A stretch of DNA of 64,000 nucleotides from Planctomycetota bacterium (GTDB taxonomy: Bacteria; Planctomycetota; B15-G4; SIAN01). The position numbers were made by a program, and so were the translations under genes. The notes under the pieces were generated by a model. That model was given only the letters and a program-made list of their open reading frames with translations. It made no database searches and was not told where the DNA came from. Numbering within the stretch: position 1 is the first letter of the stretch; each line of letters opens with the position of its first letter. Below, piece by piece: positions 1 through 9,095 of the stretch. Location of the stretch: positions 96,001-160,000 of the forward strand of contig JANNXA010000009.1 of assembly GCA_031409275.1 (NCBI GenBank), written 5' to 3'.

Positions 1-245
1 GAAGTAGCGCGTCGCGCGCAGGCACGCAGCGCCATGATCGCCGCGGGTCGGCGCAGCGAGGCGGAACTCCGCCGCGCGCGCCGGCCCGCTCTCCATCCCG
101 AGCTGCTCCCATCTCCCATCGCCCCGCCGCTCCCGATCCAGATCCCGACTCCGCCGCGGAGACGCCACTCGTCGTCGCCGCGGTCGAGCGCGGTGCCGGC
201 AGCCGCTGCCCGGGTTGCGGCGCCGCTGTCTGCGGCCACGAGGTC

Positions 246-722
246 GTGCTCTCGTGGGTGCTCGGCTTCAAGGACGCGCCGCGTTGCGCGGATTGCCTGG
301 CGAAGGGACTCGACCGCGTCCGCAACGAACTGATCGCGAGCGTGAAGCAGCACGTCGACCACCGCGAGTGCTGGAGCGCCGGCTGGCGACACGCCGGCAC
401 GATCGAGCAGCTGCGCGCCGCGCCCGCCTGCAGGGTGGCCTCCGTCGTCGCATCCAGCGCCCCTGCCGCGGCCGCGCGCTCGAATCCTCCCGTCGTCGCC
501 AGCGACCACGCCGCCTGCTATGACGCCGGCGACCTCGGTTGCGGCGACCTCGTCCTCGAACTGCGAATGCGATTGCGGGAGCTCGCTCCCGGATCGCTGC
601 TCGAAGTGATCGCGCGCGATCCGGGCGCGCCGGCCGATCTGCCTGCCTGGTGCGGGATGACCGGCCACACGCTCGTCTCCGCGAACCATCCCCGCTACCT
701 CATCCGCCGACGCAAGGAGTGA
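246..722 (+). CDS. TusA/SirA-family sulfur carrier with N-terminal Cys/His-rich (putative Zn-binding) domain; true start probably upstream of 207
   Basis: C-terminal YDAGDLGCGDLVLELR...LEVIARDPGAPADLPAWCGMTGH is TusA-like. The frame is open upstream and encodes CPGC-x4-CGH (from 207) before RCADC...HRECW. Confidence 0.75.
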   Translation: MLSWVLGFKDAPRCADCLAKGLDRVRNELIASVKQHVDHRECWSAGWRHAGTIEQLRAAPACRVASVVASSAPAAAARSNPPVVASDHAACYDAGDLGCGDLVLELRMRLRELAPGSLLEVIARDPGAPADLPAWCGMTGHTLVSANHPRYLIRRRKE

Positions 723-724
723 AC

Positions 725-1087
725 ATGGCTGGCAAGTTCTGCGTGACGTTGACCTGCTCGAAGGACAACACCGACAAGGCGACGGTCGCGTTCGTCGTCG
801 CCAACGCCTCCGTCGCGTCCGAGAAGGAGACGATGGTCTTCCTCTCGATCGAGGGCGTGCGCCTGTCGCAGAAGGGCTTCGCCGACACGATCCACGAGGA
901 AGGTTTCGCGCCGCTGAAGGAGCTGATCGCCAACTTCGTGAAAGCGGGCGGACTGATCTGGGTCTGCTCGCCCTGCTTCAAGAAGCGCAAGCTCGACGAG
1001 GCCGCGCTGATCCCTGGCGCGACGATCGTCGGCGGCGCCAAGCTCGTCGAGTTCCTGAGCGCCGGCTCGCCCTCGATCAGCTTCTGA
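725..1087 (+). CDS. DsrE/DsrF-like family protein
   Basis: AAGGAG RBS before ATG725; KATVAFVVANAS, MVFLSIEGVRL and IWVCSPCFKKR are typical of DsrE. Confidence 0.85.
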   Translation: MAGKFCVTLTCSKDNTDKATVAFVVANASVASEKETMVFLSIEGVRLSQKGFADTIHEEGFAPLKELIANFVKAGGLIWVCSPCFKKRKLDEAALIPGATIVGGAKLVEFLSAGSPSISF

Positions 1088-1088
1088 C

Positions 1089-1874
1089 GTGACCGACGGC
1101 AGCGACGACCGCGCCCCCGACGCGATCTGCGAAGGGGGCGAACTCGACTGCGGCAGCGGCCTCCTGCTGATCATCCGCGAGGCGATGGCGCCGCTGCCGG
1201 CCGGTGGCCTCCTCGAGGTGCGCAGCCTCGAATCGAGCGTGAAGGAGGACCTGCCGGCCTGGTGCCGTCTGGTGGGCCACGAGCTGCGCTCGGTGGTCGC
1301 CGGCGAGGGCCGCTCCACGCGCTTTCGCATCGTCAAGCGCAGCGCATCGGCGGCCGACGCTCCCGCCGTGGCGGCGCACGAGGCGCCGCTGGCCGCCGAC
1401 CTCGAACAGGCGCGCCGCTTCACGTGGAGCGCGCGCGTGAAGTGGACCGCCGGAATGCAGGCGACCAGTTACGTGCGCAACCACGCCGTCGCCATCGGGC
1501 AGCCGGCGAGCTTCGACACCGCCGATCCAGCGCCGAGCGCCATCGAGCTGCTGCTCTCGGCACTCGGCGGTTGCCTCGCCGTCGGCCTCCAGTGGCGCGC
1601 CTCGCGCCAGGGCATCGCCGTGCGCCAGCTCGAGGTGTCGCTGCGCGCGCGCGCCGACGACATCCTCGTCTTCCTCGGAATCGACGACACGAGCGAAGCG
1701 AGCCGCGGCGCCGGCCACCCCGGCCTCGCGGTCATCGACGGCTCGATCTACGTCGATTGCGACGCGGACGACGCGACGCTCCAGCAGCTCTTCACCGACA
1801 CGGTTGCTCGCTCGCCGGTCGCGCAGTCGCTGCTGCGCGGCGTCCCGCTCCGCATCAGCGCGAAGCTCGCGTGA
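1089..1874 (+). CDS. TusA-like + OsmC-like fusion protein
   Basis: N-terminal GGELDCGSGLL...EDLPAWCRLVGH (TusA); C-terminal PSAIELLLSALGGCL...RSPVAQSL (OsmC-like, second Cys replaced by Ser). Confidence 0.85.
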   Translation: MTDGSDDRAPDAICEGGELDCGSGLLLIIREAMAPLPAGGLLEVRSLESSVKEDLPAWCRLVGHELRSVVAGEGRSTRFRIVKRSASAADAPAVAAHEAPLAADLEQARRFTWSARVKWTAGMQATSYVRNHAVAIGQPASFDTADPAPSAIELLLSALGGCLAVGLQWRASRQGIAVRQLEVSLRARADDILVFLGIDDTSEASRGAGHPGLAVIDGSIYVDCDADDATLQQLFTDTVARSPVAQSLLRGVPLRISAKLA

Positions 1875-1915
1875 CGCGGAACGGGCTCAGTCGCTGACGC
1901 CAAGCAGCTCGGTGA

Positions 1916-3054
1916 CTACCGATCGTGCGGAGCGTCGGGCAGCTCGACGAGGAAGAGGTCCCACGTTCCGTTGGTGTCGTGCGGGACCAACGTCGACTGG
2001 TAGCTGAGGAAGACGGCGCGCAGCCCGTCTTCGCTCAAGGCGCTCGACCACACGAACGGATCGGCGACCGCCAAGGTCTTGGCATCGAGCTTCGTGTCGT
2101 AGCGATCGAGCCCGCTTTGCGCGCCGACGCTGCCGGAGTAGGTGAGGTAGCGACCGTCGGCCGAGACGGCCTGCGGCGCCGCGGCGTCGAGCGGCAGGAT
2201 CGTCGCCTCGAGCGTCGCGAGGTCCACGCGATAGGTCGCCGGCAACCACGTCCGCCAGAATCCGAGACCGCCGGAGTAGCCGCCGTACCAATAGGTCGAG
2301 TACCACTTGCCGTAGTTGGGGTAGGGCTGCCGCACGCGCTCCGCCGAGAGGAAAACCGCCGAAGCATCGGCGGCGATCACCGGCTCGGAGGGATAGAGGT
2401 AGATGAGGCCGCCCGAATCGCGGAAGTCCGCTCGCGACGACTGCAGCGGCCACGCGATCTCGGCCACGGCCACCGGCGATGCTCCGCCGATGGCGACTGC
2501 CGCGTCCGCGGAAAGCCCCGTCGTCGTCATGAAGAAACCGGTGGAGCCGACGATCGCGGCCGTCGCGATCTCATCGGCGTAGGTGACGTCGGAGTCGGTG
2601 AAGACGACGTACTTGCCGTCGGCTGAAACGAGGGGGCGTTCCGGTGAGCTCCAGTACGAGTAGGTGCCGTTCGCCGTGACCAGCGCCGTCGTCCCCGCCA
2701 CGCGATCGCGCAGGTAGACGTCGGCGTCGTTGTCGTTGTCGATCGGCCCGAGGTCGTTCGCCTCGCTGACGAAGGCGACGTAGCGACCATCGCGCGAGAT
2801 CGAGGGCGAGGCGCTCGCGCCGTTGGAGGCGCCACCGCCGGCGGCGAGCGAGATGCGCTGCGTCTTCCGTGGCGCGCGTTGCCGGAGATCGCGAACTCCT
2901 GATAGGCGCCCTTGGCGAGCTGCGAGCCGTTCGAGCGCACGCTCACCCGTTCGAACTGCTGCGCCGAGGCGAACGGTGCCGCCATGCCGACGCGGAGCAG
3001 GAGAAGTGGCGCCGGACGGACCGGTCCGGGCAGGACGAGGCGCGACACTGGCAC
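1916..3054 (-). pseudogene. TolB/WD40-like secreted beta-propeller, frameshifted near 2867-2875
   Basis: Signal peptide and FERVSVRSNGSQ...FAISGNAR lie in one frame. KTQRISL...PSISRDGRYVAF...DVYLRDR and later SADG(K/R)Y repeats lie in another, and part of a repeat is missing at the junction. Confidence 0.65.
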
Positions 3055-3114
3055 CAGCGGATGCCAGCTCCTAGCGTCACGCGCCGCTCGCATCTCGCCA
3101 GCCTGGAGTCGTCG

Positions 3115-4254
3115 ATGCCGTCGCTTCCGCTCTTCCCGGTGACCAGCGTCGGCAGCTGGCCGAGACCCGACTGGCTGCTCGATGCGATGAAGCGCCAGCG
3201 CCCGAACCTGCGCGAGCTGCAGGACCAGGCCACGCTGCTGGCGATCAAGCAGCAGGAGGACGCCGGCGTCGATCTCGTCACCGATGGCGAGCAGCGTCGC
3301 GACAACTTCTATTCGTTCCTGTGCGACAAGCTCGACGGCCTGCGCCTGATGACGATGGCGGACCTCCTCGACCACGTCGAAGACAAGGCCGGCTTCGAAG
3401 CGCTGCTGCAGACCCTCGATGTGCCCGCCTTCGCGATCCGCAATCCGACCGTGGTCGGCAAGCTGCGCGTGAAGTCGCCGCTGGCCTGCGACGACGCTCG
3501 ATTCCTCCGAGCCCACACGAAGCGCGCGCTCAAGGTGACGTTGCCAGGCCCCTACCTGCTGTCGCGCTCGATGTGGGTGAAGCGCCTTTCCGAGGCGGCC
3601 TACCCGACGCGCGCCGAGCTGATCGACGACCTCGTCAAGATCCTGCGCGCCGAGCTGCAGGAGCTGGTGCGCATGGGCGTCGAGATGGTGCAGTTCGACG
3701 AACCCGCGCTCACCGAGCTCGCCTTCGCCGGCAAGTCGTCGACGCGCACGTTCATGTGCGCGGCGCTCGCCGCGCAGGCCAGTCCCGAGAGCGAGCTCGA
3801 GCTGGCGGTCGAGCTGATCAATCGAGTCGTCGAAGGCGTCACCGGCACCATCACCGCGGTGCACGTCTGCCGCGGGAACTGGAGTCGCAAGGAGGAGGTG
3901 CTGCTGGCCGGCAGCTACGACCCGCTGATGCCAACCTTCAAGAAGATGAAGGTGAAGCAGTTCGTCCTCGAGTACGCGACCGAGCGCGCTGGAACCCTCG
4001 ACGCGCTGCGCGAGCTGCCTCCCGGCGCGCAGGTGGGGCTTGGCACCGTCAATCCGCGCACGAGCGAGATCGAACCGGTCACCACCATCGTCGAGCGCGC
4101 GCGTCGCGTCGCGACGCTGCTGTCGCCCGATCGGGTCTTCCTGAATCCTGACTGCGGCTTCGGGACCTTTGCCGAGCGGCCGGTGAACAGCGCCGCCGCT
4201 GCCGAACAGAAGCTCGCCGCGCTGGCGCAGGCCGCGGCCGTGCTGCGCCGTTGA
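3115..4254 (+). CDS. Cobalamin-independent methionine synthase II family (MetE C-terminal/core-only)
   Basis: TSVGSWPRP, TDGEQRR, VQFDEP, the Zn ligands HVC and LEY, and LNPDCGF; GGAG RBS before ATG3115. Confidence 0.9.
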   Translation: MPSLPLFPVTSVGSWPRPDWLLDAMKRQRPNLRELQDQATLLAIKQQEDAGVDLVTDGEQRRDNFYSFLCDKLDGLRLMTMADLLDHVEDKAGFEALLQTLDVPAFAIRNPTVVGKLRVKSPLACDDARFLRAHTKRALKVTLPGPYLLSRSMWVKRLSEAAYPTRAELIDDLVKILRAELQELVRMGVEMVQFDEPALTELAFAGKSSTRTFMCAALAAQASPESELELAVELINRVVEGVTGTITAVHVCRGNWSRKEEVLLAGSYDPLMPTFKKMKVKQFVLEYATERAGTLDALRELPPGAQVGLGTVNPRTSEIEPVTTIVERARRVATLLSPDRVFLNPDCGFGTFAERPVNSAAAAEQKLAALAQAAAVLRR

Positions 4255-4323
4255 GCGGCGACGCCGCGCGACGATGCAAAGGGCGATGCAACGGGCGATG
4301 CGACGGGCGAGACGACGACGACT

Positions 4324-5784
4324 TCAGCGATCGCCGTAGCCAAGCTGCTGCAGCATCTGCTTGCCGGCGGCACTGAGCGGTCCGGCGGTCGCAGCGTGCG
4401 CGACGTTGCGAACGAGCCAATCGTCGAGGCGACGACGCAGCGCGCGCACGACGCTCGGATGGTCGAGCGCGACATCGACCGTCTCCGCAGGATCGGCGTC
4501 GACGTCGTAGAGCCGCAGCTGCTCGCCGCTCGCGCCCTTCTGCACCACCAGCTTGAAGCGACCCTGCCACGCGCAAAGCTGCTCGACCTCGGGCCGCTCG
4601 CCCGCAGCGGGCGGCGAACAGGGCAGCGCACCGAAGGCGACTCGTTCGCCGTCGGCCTCGTCCACCACCGCCGCGTCGTCGCCGTGCCGCAGCAGCGGCC
4701 AGAGGCTTCGGCCATCGAGCACCTCGCCGACGAGCGCGACCGGGTCGTGGCCGAATGCCTCGAGCACCGTTGGCAGCAGATCGACGTTCTCGACCAGCGA
4801 CTGCACGACGGCGCCTCGTGCGACTCCCGGCCCGGCGATCAGCAGCGGCACGCGCAACGTCTCCTGCGACGCAACGAAAGCGTGCAGCCCGAGCGACGCC
4901 TCGGCGCGGCTCTCGCCGTGATCGGCAAGGAAGAGCAGGAGCGTGCGATCGAGCCGGCCGCGTTCACGCAACCCGTCGAGCAGCGCGCCGACTCGCTCGT
5001 CGAGGAAGGCGACCTCGGCGTCGTAGAGCTGCAGGAACTCGGCCGCGTAGTGAGGCGGGAAGCCGCCGCCGCGCAGTAGTTCGAGCCGCGTGCGCACGGA
5101 GAAGTCGAGCGAGCCGGTGTAGTCGTCCTTCACGTAGCGCGTGAGGTAGGGCTCGGGCGGCACGAAGGGAGTGTGGGCGATGAAGAGATGAACCCACGCG
5201 AAGCTCGGCTGATCGGGGCGCAGTTCGTCGATCCAGGCGAACAGTCTCGGCAAGACGTCCTGCGCGAGGTCGGAGACGTCGCGGACCTGTTTGCGGAAGC
5301 CCTGGACCAGGTTGGCGTCATTGAACTGGAAGACGTTGTAGAAGCACGCCGTCTCGACGCCGCGACGCACCAGGAGCTCGGCGACGGTGTCGACTTCGGG
5401 CGCAAGCGCGTGCCAGTTGTCGGTGAGCCCGTGCGAGAAGGGATAGCGACCGGTCATCATCGACGCGTGCGAGGGAGCCGTCTGCGGCATCGGCGCGGCG
5501 GCGCGGGCGAACCGGGTGCCGGTCGCGGCGAGCGCGTCGAGGTGCGGCGTGGCCACGTCGCGGCCGCCGTAGCAGCCGAGCCGATCGGCCGACAGCGTGT
5601 CGAGCGTGACCAGCAGTACCTGCGGCGGGAGTGGTGGCGTGGATGCTGCGATCGATGACGGAGGGCTCGACCGCGGAGCCGCCGAGCCAGGCTCCGGCTC
5701 GCCGCCACAGCCGCTCGCCACGCCGAGCAGCGCCGCGCCCCACCAGCGCGATCCCGCCGCGCCAATCGCCGAGAAAACGTGCAT
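4324..5784 (-). CDS. Sulfatase-like (alkaline phosphatase superfamily) probable lipoprotein
   Basis: VTLDTL, TPHLDALA, TAPSHASMMTG, ADHGE, RVPL and DLLPT motifs; lipobox-like ASGC. Confidence 0.85.
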   Translation of the reverse strand: MHVFSAIGAAGSRWWGAALLGVASGCGGEPEPGSAAPRSSPPSSIAASTPPLPPQVLLVTLDTLSADRLGCYGGRDVATPHLDALAATGTRFARAAAPMPQTAPSHASMMTGRYPFSHGLTDNWHALAPEVDTVAELLVRRGVETACFYNVFQFNDANLVQGFRKQVRDVSDLAQDVLPRLFAWIDELRPDQPSFAWVHLFIAHTPFVPPEPYLTRYVKDDYTGSLDFSVRTRLELLRGGGFPPHYAAEFLQLYDAEVAFLDERVGALLDGLRERGRLDRTLLLFLADHGESRAEASLGLHAFVASQETLRVPLLIAGPGVARGAVVQSLVENVDLLPTVLEAFGHDPVALVGEVLDGRSLWPLLRHGDDAAVVDEADGERVAFGALPCSPPAAGERPEVEQLCAWQGRFKLVVQKGASGEQLRLYDVDADPAETVDVALDHPSVVRALRRRLDDWLVRNVAHAATAGPLSAAGKQMLQQLGYGDR

Positions 5785-5837
5785 GGCGCGATCGTAGCCC
5801 CGGCCCCCTCCCCTGGCTCGAACGGCCCGCCTGCCAA

Positions 5838-5957
5838 GTGGCGGGGATCTTTCCACCACGCCAACTCCCCAGGAACCGCGCGCTCCATGCGCCGTCGCGA
5901 AGGCCGCGTCTCAGGTACGGGTGTGCGGAGACGGCGGGAGAAAGATCCCCGCCACCT
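5838..5957. repeat. Inverted pair of REP-like elements
   Basis: Perfect 16-nt inverted repeat: GTGGCGGGGATCTTTC (5838-5853) and GAAAGATCCCCGCCAC (5940-5955), intergenic. Confidence 0.75.
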
Positions 5958-5966
5958 GTTCGGCGA

Positions 5967-7187
5967 CTAGATCGCGCGGCGGGCAGGGGCGGAGACGTTG
6001 GCGAAGAGGAGGCCGGCGACGATCGCGGCGGCGACGAAGAGCATCCGAAAGGCCGCTTCGACCCCGCTCACGATGTCCCGCTCGAGCATGAGCGTCGCTC
6101 CGCGGAATCCGAGGCTGCCGGGAACCAACAAGAGGATGCCGGGCAGCAACGTGACGGCGACGGGACGGTTGATGAAGCGCGACCACAGGTTGCTGGCCAG
6201 CGCTACGGCGAAGGCGCCAAAGAACCCTCCCATCTCCGGCCCGAACGTCTCGCTCCCGAACCGCTCGCCGCCGAAGCCAAGCACGCCCGCCACCAGGATC
6301 GGCAACAGGTCGCGCGGCTGGGCACGGAACAGCACGGTGTAAGCGCACGGCGCCAGCACGAGCGCCAGCCACAGCGTCCACGCGGGCAGCAGCGCCGGCT
6401 CGAAGCTCCCGGCGCCGTCGACCAGCCGCAGCGCGACCGCACGACCCAGCGCGACACCGAACGTGAGCTCGACCAGGACCACCGCGGCACTCACCAGACG
6501 CACGGTGCCCGACACGAGGCTCTGCGCCGCGAGTTCCGAGATCGCCATCGTCAGCGCGAGCCCGGGCAGCAGCACGACGAGGCTCGCCACGGTGATGACG
6601 TAGGACGACATCCCGCCCAGGCGCGTCGCGATGCAGAGCGCGAGGAACGAGACACCGAATGCCGCCGCCGCTTCGTACACGCGCTGGAAGCCGGGCCGCA
6701 CGCGCTGCACCAGACCGAGTCCGGCCGTGAAGGCCCCGAGCAGCGCTGCGGCCGCGATCTCACGGACGCCGCCCGCGAAGAAACGCGCCGCGCACGCCGA
6801 GGCCAGCGCGAACGCGACGATGGTCAGCCACGGGCCGTAGCGAGCCGGCGTTGCCTCGACGGCATCGACGCGCGCGGCAGCCTGCCCGGGCGTGACCGCT
6901 CCGCGCAGCAGATCCTTCATCACCTCGTCGAGCAGCACGAGCTTCTCGAGATGGACCGAACCGGGCTGCACGCGGATCAATCCAGTGCTGCGTTGTTCGG
7001 GAGCTCCGAAGGCCGCGAGAATGACCGTGGGCAGCGAGAAGAACTGGCTGGGCAAGCCGAGCCGCTCGGTGGCGACTTCGAGCGCCTGTTCGATGCGGTG
7101 CGCCGGCGTGCCATACATGTGGAGGCCGCGCGCCAGCTTGACGAGAAAGCGAACGGCTTCGGGCGACGAGGCGTCAGGGCGATCCAA
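5967..7187 (-). CDS. ThrE-family threonine/serine exporter (ThrE + ThrE_2 fused)
   Basis: LHMYGTPAHRIE, LLPGLALTMAISEL...LVSGTVRL and LLPGILLLVPGS; about 10 TM segments; probable TTG start at 7187 after GAAGGA. Confidence 0.85.
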   Translation of the reverse strand: MDRPDASSPEAVRFLVKLARGLHMYGTPAHRIEQALEVATERLGLPSQFFSLPTVILAAFGAPEQRSTGLIRVQPGSVHLEKLVLLDEVMKDLLRGAVTPGQAAARVDAVEATPARYGPWLTIVAFALASACAARFFAGGVREIAAAALLGAFTAGLGLVQRVRPGFQRVYEAAAAFGVSFLALCIATRLGGMSSYVITVASLVVLLPGLALTMAISELAAQSLVSGTVRLVSAAVVLVELTFGVALGRAVALRLVDGAGSFEPALLPAWTLWLALVLAPCAYTVLFRAQPRDLLPILVAGVLGFGGERFGSETFGPEMGGFFGAFAVALASNLWSRFINRPVAVTLLPGILLLVPGSLGFRGATLMLERDIVSGVEAAFRMLFVAAAIVAGLLFANVSAPARRAI

Positions 7188-7236
7188 GGCGGCAATCCTT
7201 CGTGGGCGGTGCGACACGTTACGCTCGAACCCCGCC

Positions 7237-8121
7237 ATGGACTTCCGCGATCGCTGGCATGCCCCGCATCCGCTCCTGCTCGACGCCGCGCTCGGCAGCG
7301 AACTGACGCGCCGCGGGGTCGCCACGCCGCTGCCGTTGTGGAGCGCCGCCGCCCTTCGCGACGCTCCCGCGGCGGTCGCCGCGATCCACGCCGACCACGT
7401 CGCGGCGGGCGCCGAGGTGGTCACGACGGCGACCTTCCGAACGACCCGCCGCGCGCTGGCGAAGGCGGGAATTCAGGAGACGGCGAGCGAAGCGCGGCGG
7501 CTCGTCACCGTTGCCGTCGGCCTCGCTCGAGCGGCTCGCCCCGAGTTCGTCGCCGGCTCGATCGCGCCGCTCGAGGACTGCTACGAGCCGACGCTCGTTC
7601 CCGACGACGCGACCTGCGCACGCGAGCATGGCTGGCTCGCCCGCGACCTCGCCGACGCGGGCGTCGACCTCTTGCTGATCGAGACGATGAACAGCGTTCG
7701 CGAGGCCGTCGCCGCGACGCGCGCGGCACGTGCGACCGGGTTGCCGGTCGTCGTCGGTTTGGTCTGTCGCAGCGATGGAAGGCTCGTCAGCGGCGAGCGA
7801 GTCACCGTCGCGGCGCGCTCGCTGCTGGGCGAGCACGTCGATGGACTCGCCATCAACTGCACGCCGGTCCCCACCTTGCACGAACCGCTCGCGGAGCTGA
7901 TCGCGGCGGTCGCCGGCCACATGCCGTGCGGCGCGTGGGGCAATGTCGGCCACACCGACGAGATCGACGGGTGGACATGCACCGACGACTGCACCCCCGC
8001 TCAGTACGTCGCCGCCGCGCGCCGCTGGCTCGACCTCGGCACGCACCTCATCGGTGGCTGCTGCGGCACCACCTCCGCTCACCTCGTGGCGCTGCGCGAC
8101 GAGATCGCGGCACGCGCCTGA
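7237..8121 (+). CDS. Homocysteine S-methyltransferase family (stand-alone BHMT/MmuM-like)
   Basis: LLLDAALGSEL, PLWSA, AGSIAPLEDCY, IETM, AINC and IGGCCGT (Zn-binding Cys). Confidence 0.9.
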   Translation: MDFRDRWHAPHPLLLDAALGSELTRRGVATPLPLWSAAALRDAPAAVAAIHADHVAAGAEVVTTATFRTTRRALAKAGIQETASEARRLVTVAVGLARAARPEFVAGSIAPLEDCYEPTLVPDDATCAREHGWLARDLADAGVDLLLIETMNSVREAVAATRAARATGLPVVVGLVCRSDGRLVSGERVTVAARSLLGEHVDGLAINCTPVPTLHEPLAELIAAVAGHMPCGAWGNVGHTDEIDGWTCTDDCTPAQYVAAARRWLDLGTHLIGGCCGTTSAHLVALRDEIAARA

Positions 8122-8134
8122 AACAGGAAACGAC

Positions 8135-8839
8135 ATGGCAACGAAGCGTTCCGCCAGCGCCCGATCGTCTCGCAGCGACCCGCCGCTGGCGCTCCCTGCG
8201 CAAGTCAAGGCGGCGCTCGCCTGGATGAAGGCGAAGAGCAGCGCGCATGACCGCGCCAACCTCGCGCGTTTCGGAATCGCCGCGAAAGACGCGCTCGGCG
8301 TCTCGGTGGCGAACCTGCACGTGCTGGCGAAGCAGCTCGGCCGCAACCACGCGCTCGCCGAGGCTCTATGGACGACCGGTTGCTACGAGGCGCGGATGCT
8401 GGCCGTCTTCGTCGACGAGCCCGCATGCGTCACGCCAGCCCAGATGGAGCGGTGGTGTCGCGACTTCGACAACTGGGCGCTCTGCGACACCGCCTGCTTC
8501 CACCTCTTCGATCGCACGCCCCACTCCTTCGCGATGGTCGCGAAGTGGGCCGATCGCCGCGAGGAGTTCGTCCGGCGCGCCGCGTTCGCGCTGATCGCCG
8601 GCTCAGCCGCGCACGACAAGACGGCCGCGGATGCGCCGTTCCTCGACTGCCTGCCGCGGATCGATCAAGCAGCGGACGATGCGCGCCATCTCGTGAAGAA
8701 GGGGGTGAGCTGGGCACTGCGCGGCATCGGCCATCGCAACGCCGCGCTGCATGCAGCGGCGGTCGCATGGGCGGAACGGCTGGCGACCGACGATCACCCG
8801 ACGCGGCGCTGGATCGGCAAGGACGCGCTGCGCGACTGA
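8135..8839 (+). CDS. DNA alkylation repair protein (AlkD-like HEAT-repeat glycosylase)
   Basis: ALWTTGCYEARML, DFDNWALCD, EFVRRAAF and VKKGVSWALRGIGHRN. Confidence 0.85.
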   Translation: MATKRSASARSSRSDPPLALPAQVKAALAWMKAKSSAHDRANLARFGIAAKDALGVSVANLHVLAKQLGRNHALAEALWTTGCYEARMLAVFVDEPACVTPAQMERWCRDFDNWALCDTACFHLFDRTPHSFAMVAKWADRREEFVRRAAFALIAGSAAHDKTAADAPFLDCLPRIDQAADDARHLVKKGVSWALRGIGHRNAALHAAAVAWAERLATDDHPTRRWIGKDALRD

Positions 8840-8934
8840 ACGCGCTGCGCATCGACCGCCACGCGCGCCTTCCCGCTCGTGCAGCCTCCGACGGGCAGCA
8901 ATCCCCATCGCCGCACGACGGTCCGTCCAGGATC

Positions 8935-8962
8935 TGGAACCGGTACGGCGCGCTCCGGGGAG
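8935..8962 (+). promoter_or_regulatory. Putative ECF-sigma promoter TGGAAC-N16-GGGG
   Basis: Resembles the motif upstream of the five FG-GAP genes; about 135 nt before GTG9096. Confidence 0.4.
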
Positions 8963-9095
8963 CTGCGGCTTCATCGCTGGCATCGCGCGAGGAACGGTCG
9001 TTGCGCCTCTCTCCGCCGTGTCGAACGCCGCCGACGACGACTGCTGCCACGAAGGCGCGGACGGTGACGCGGCGACGGCACCAAAGGAGATCGCC

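Noticed and set aside
4270..4322. Short 12-nt tandem repeats (GGGCGATGCAAC-like) as CRISPR
   Set aside because: Only three or four degenerate adjacent units, with no spacers and no cas genes.
5631..8228. Long alternative-frame ORFs (e.g. 5631-8228, 17615-19849, 26066-28084, 47614-49917, 49644-52703)
   Set aside because: Arg/Ala/Pro-rich shadow ORFs overlapping well-supported genes, as expected in high-GC DNA.
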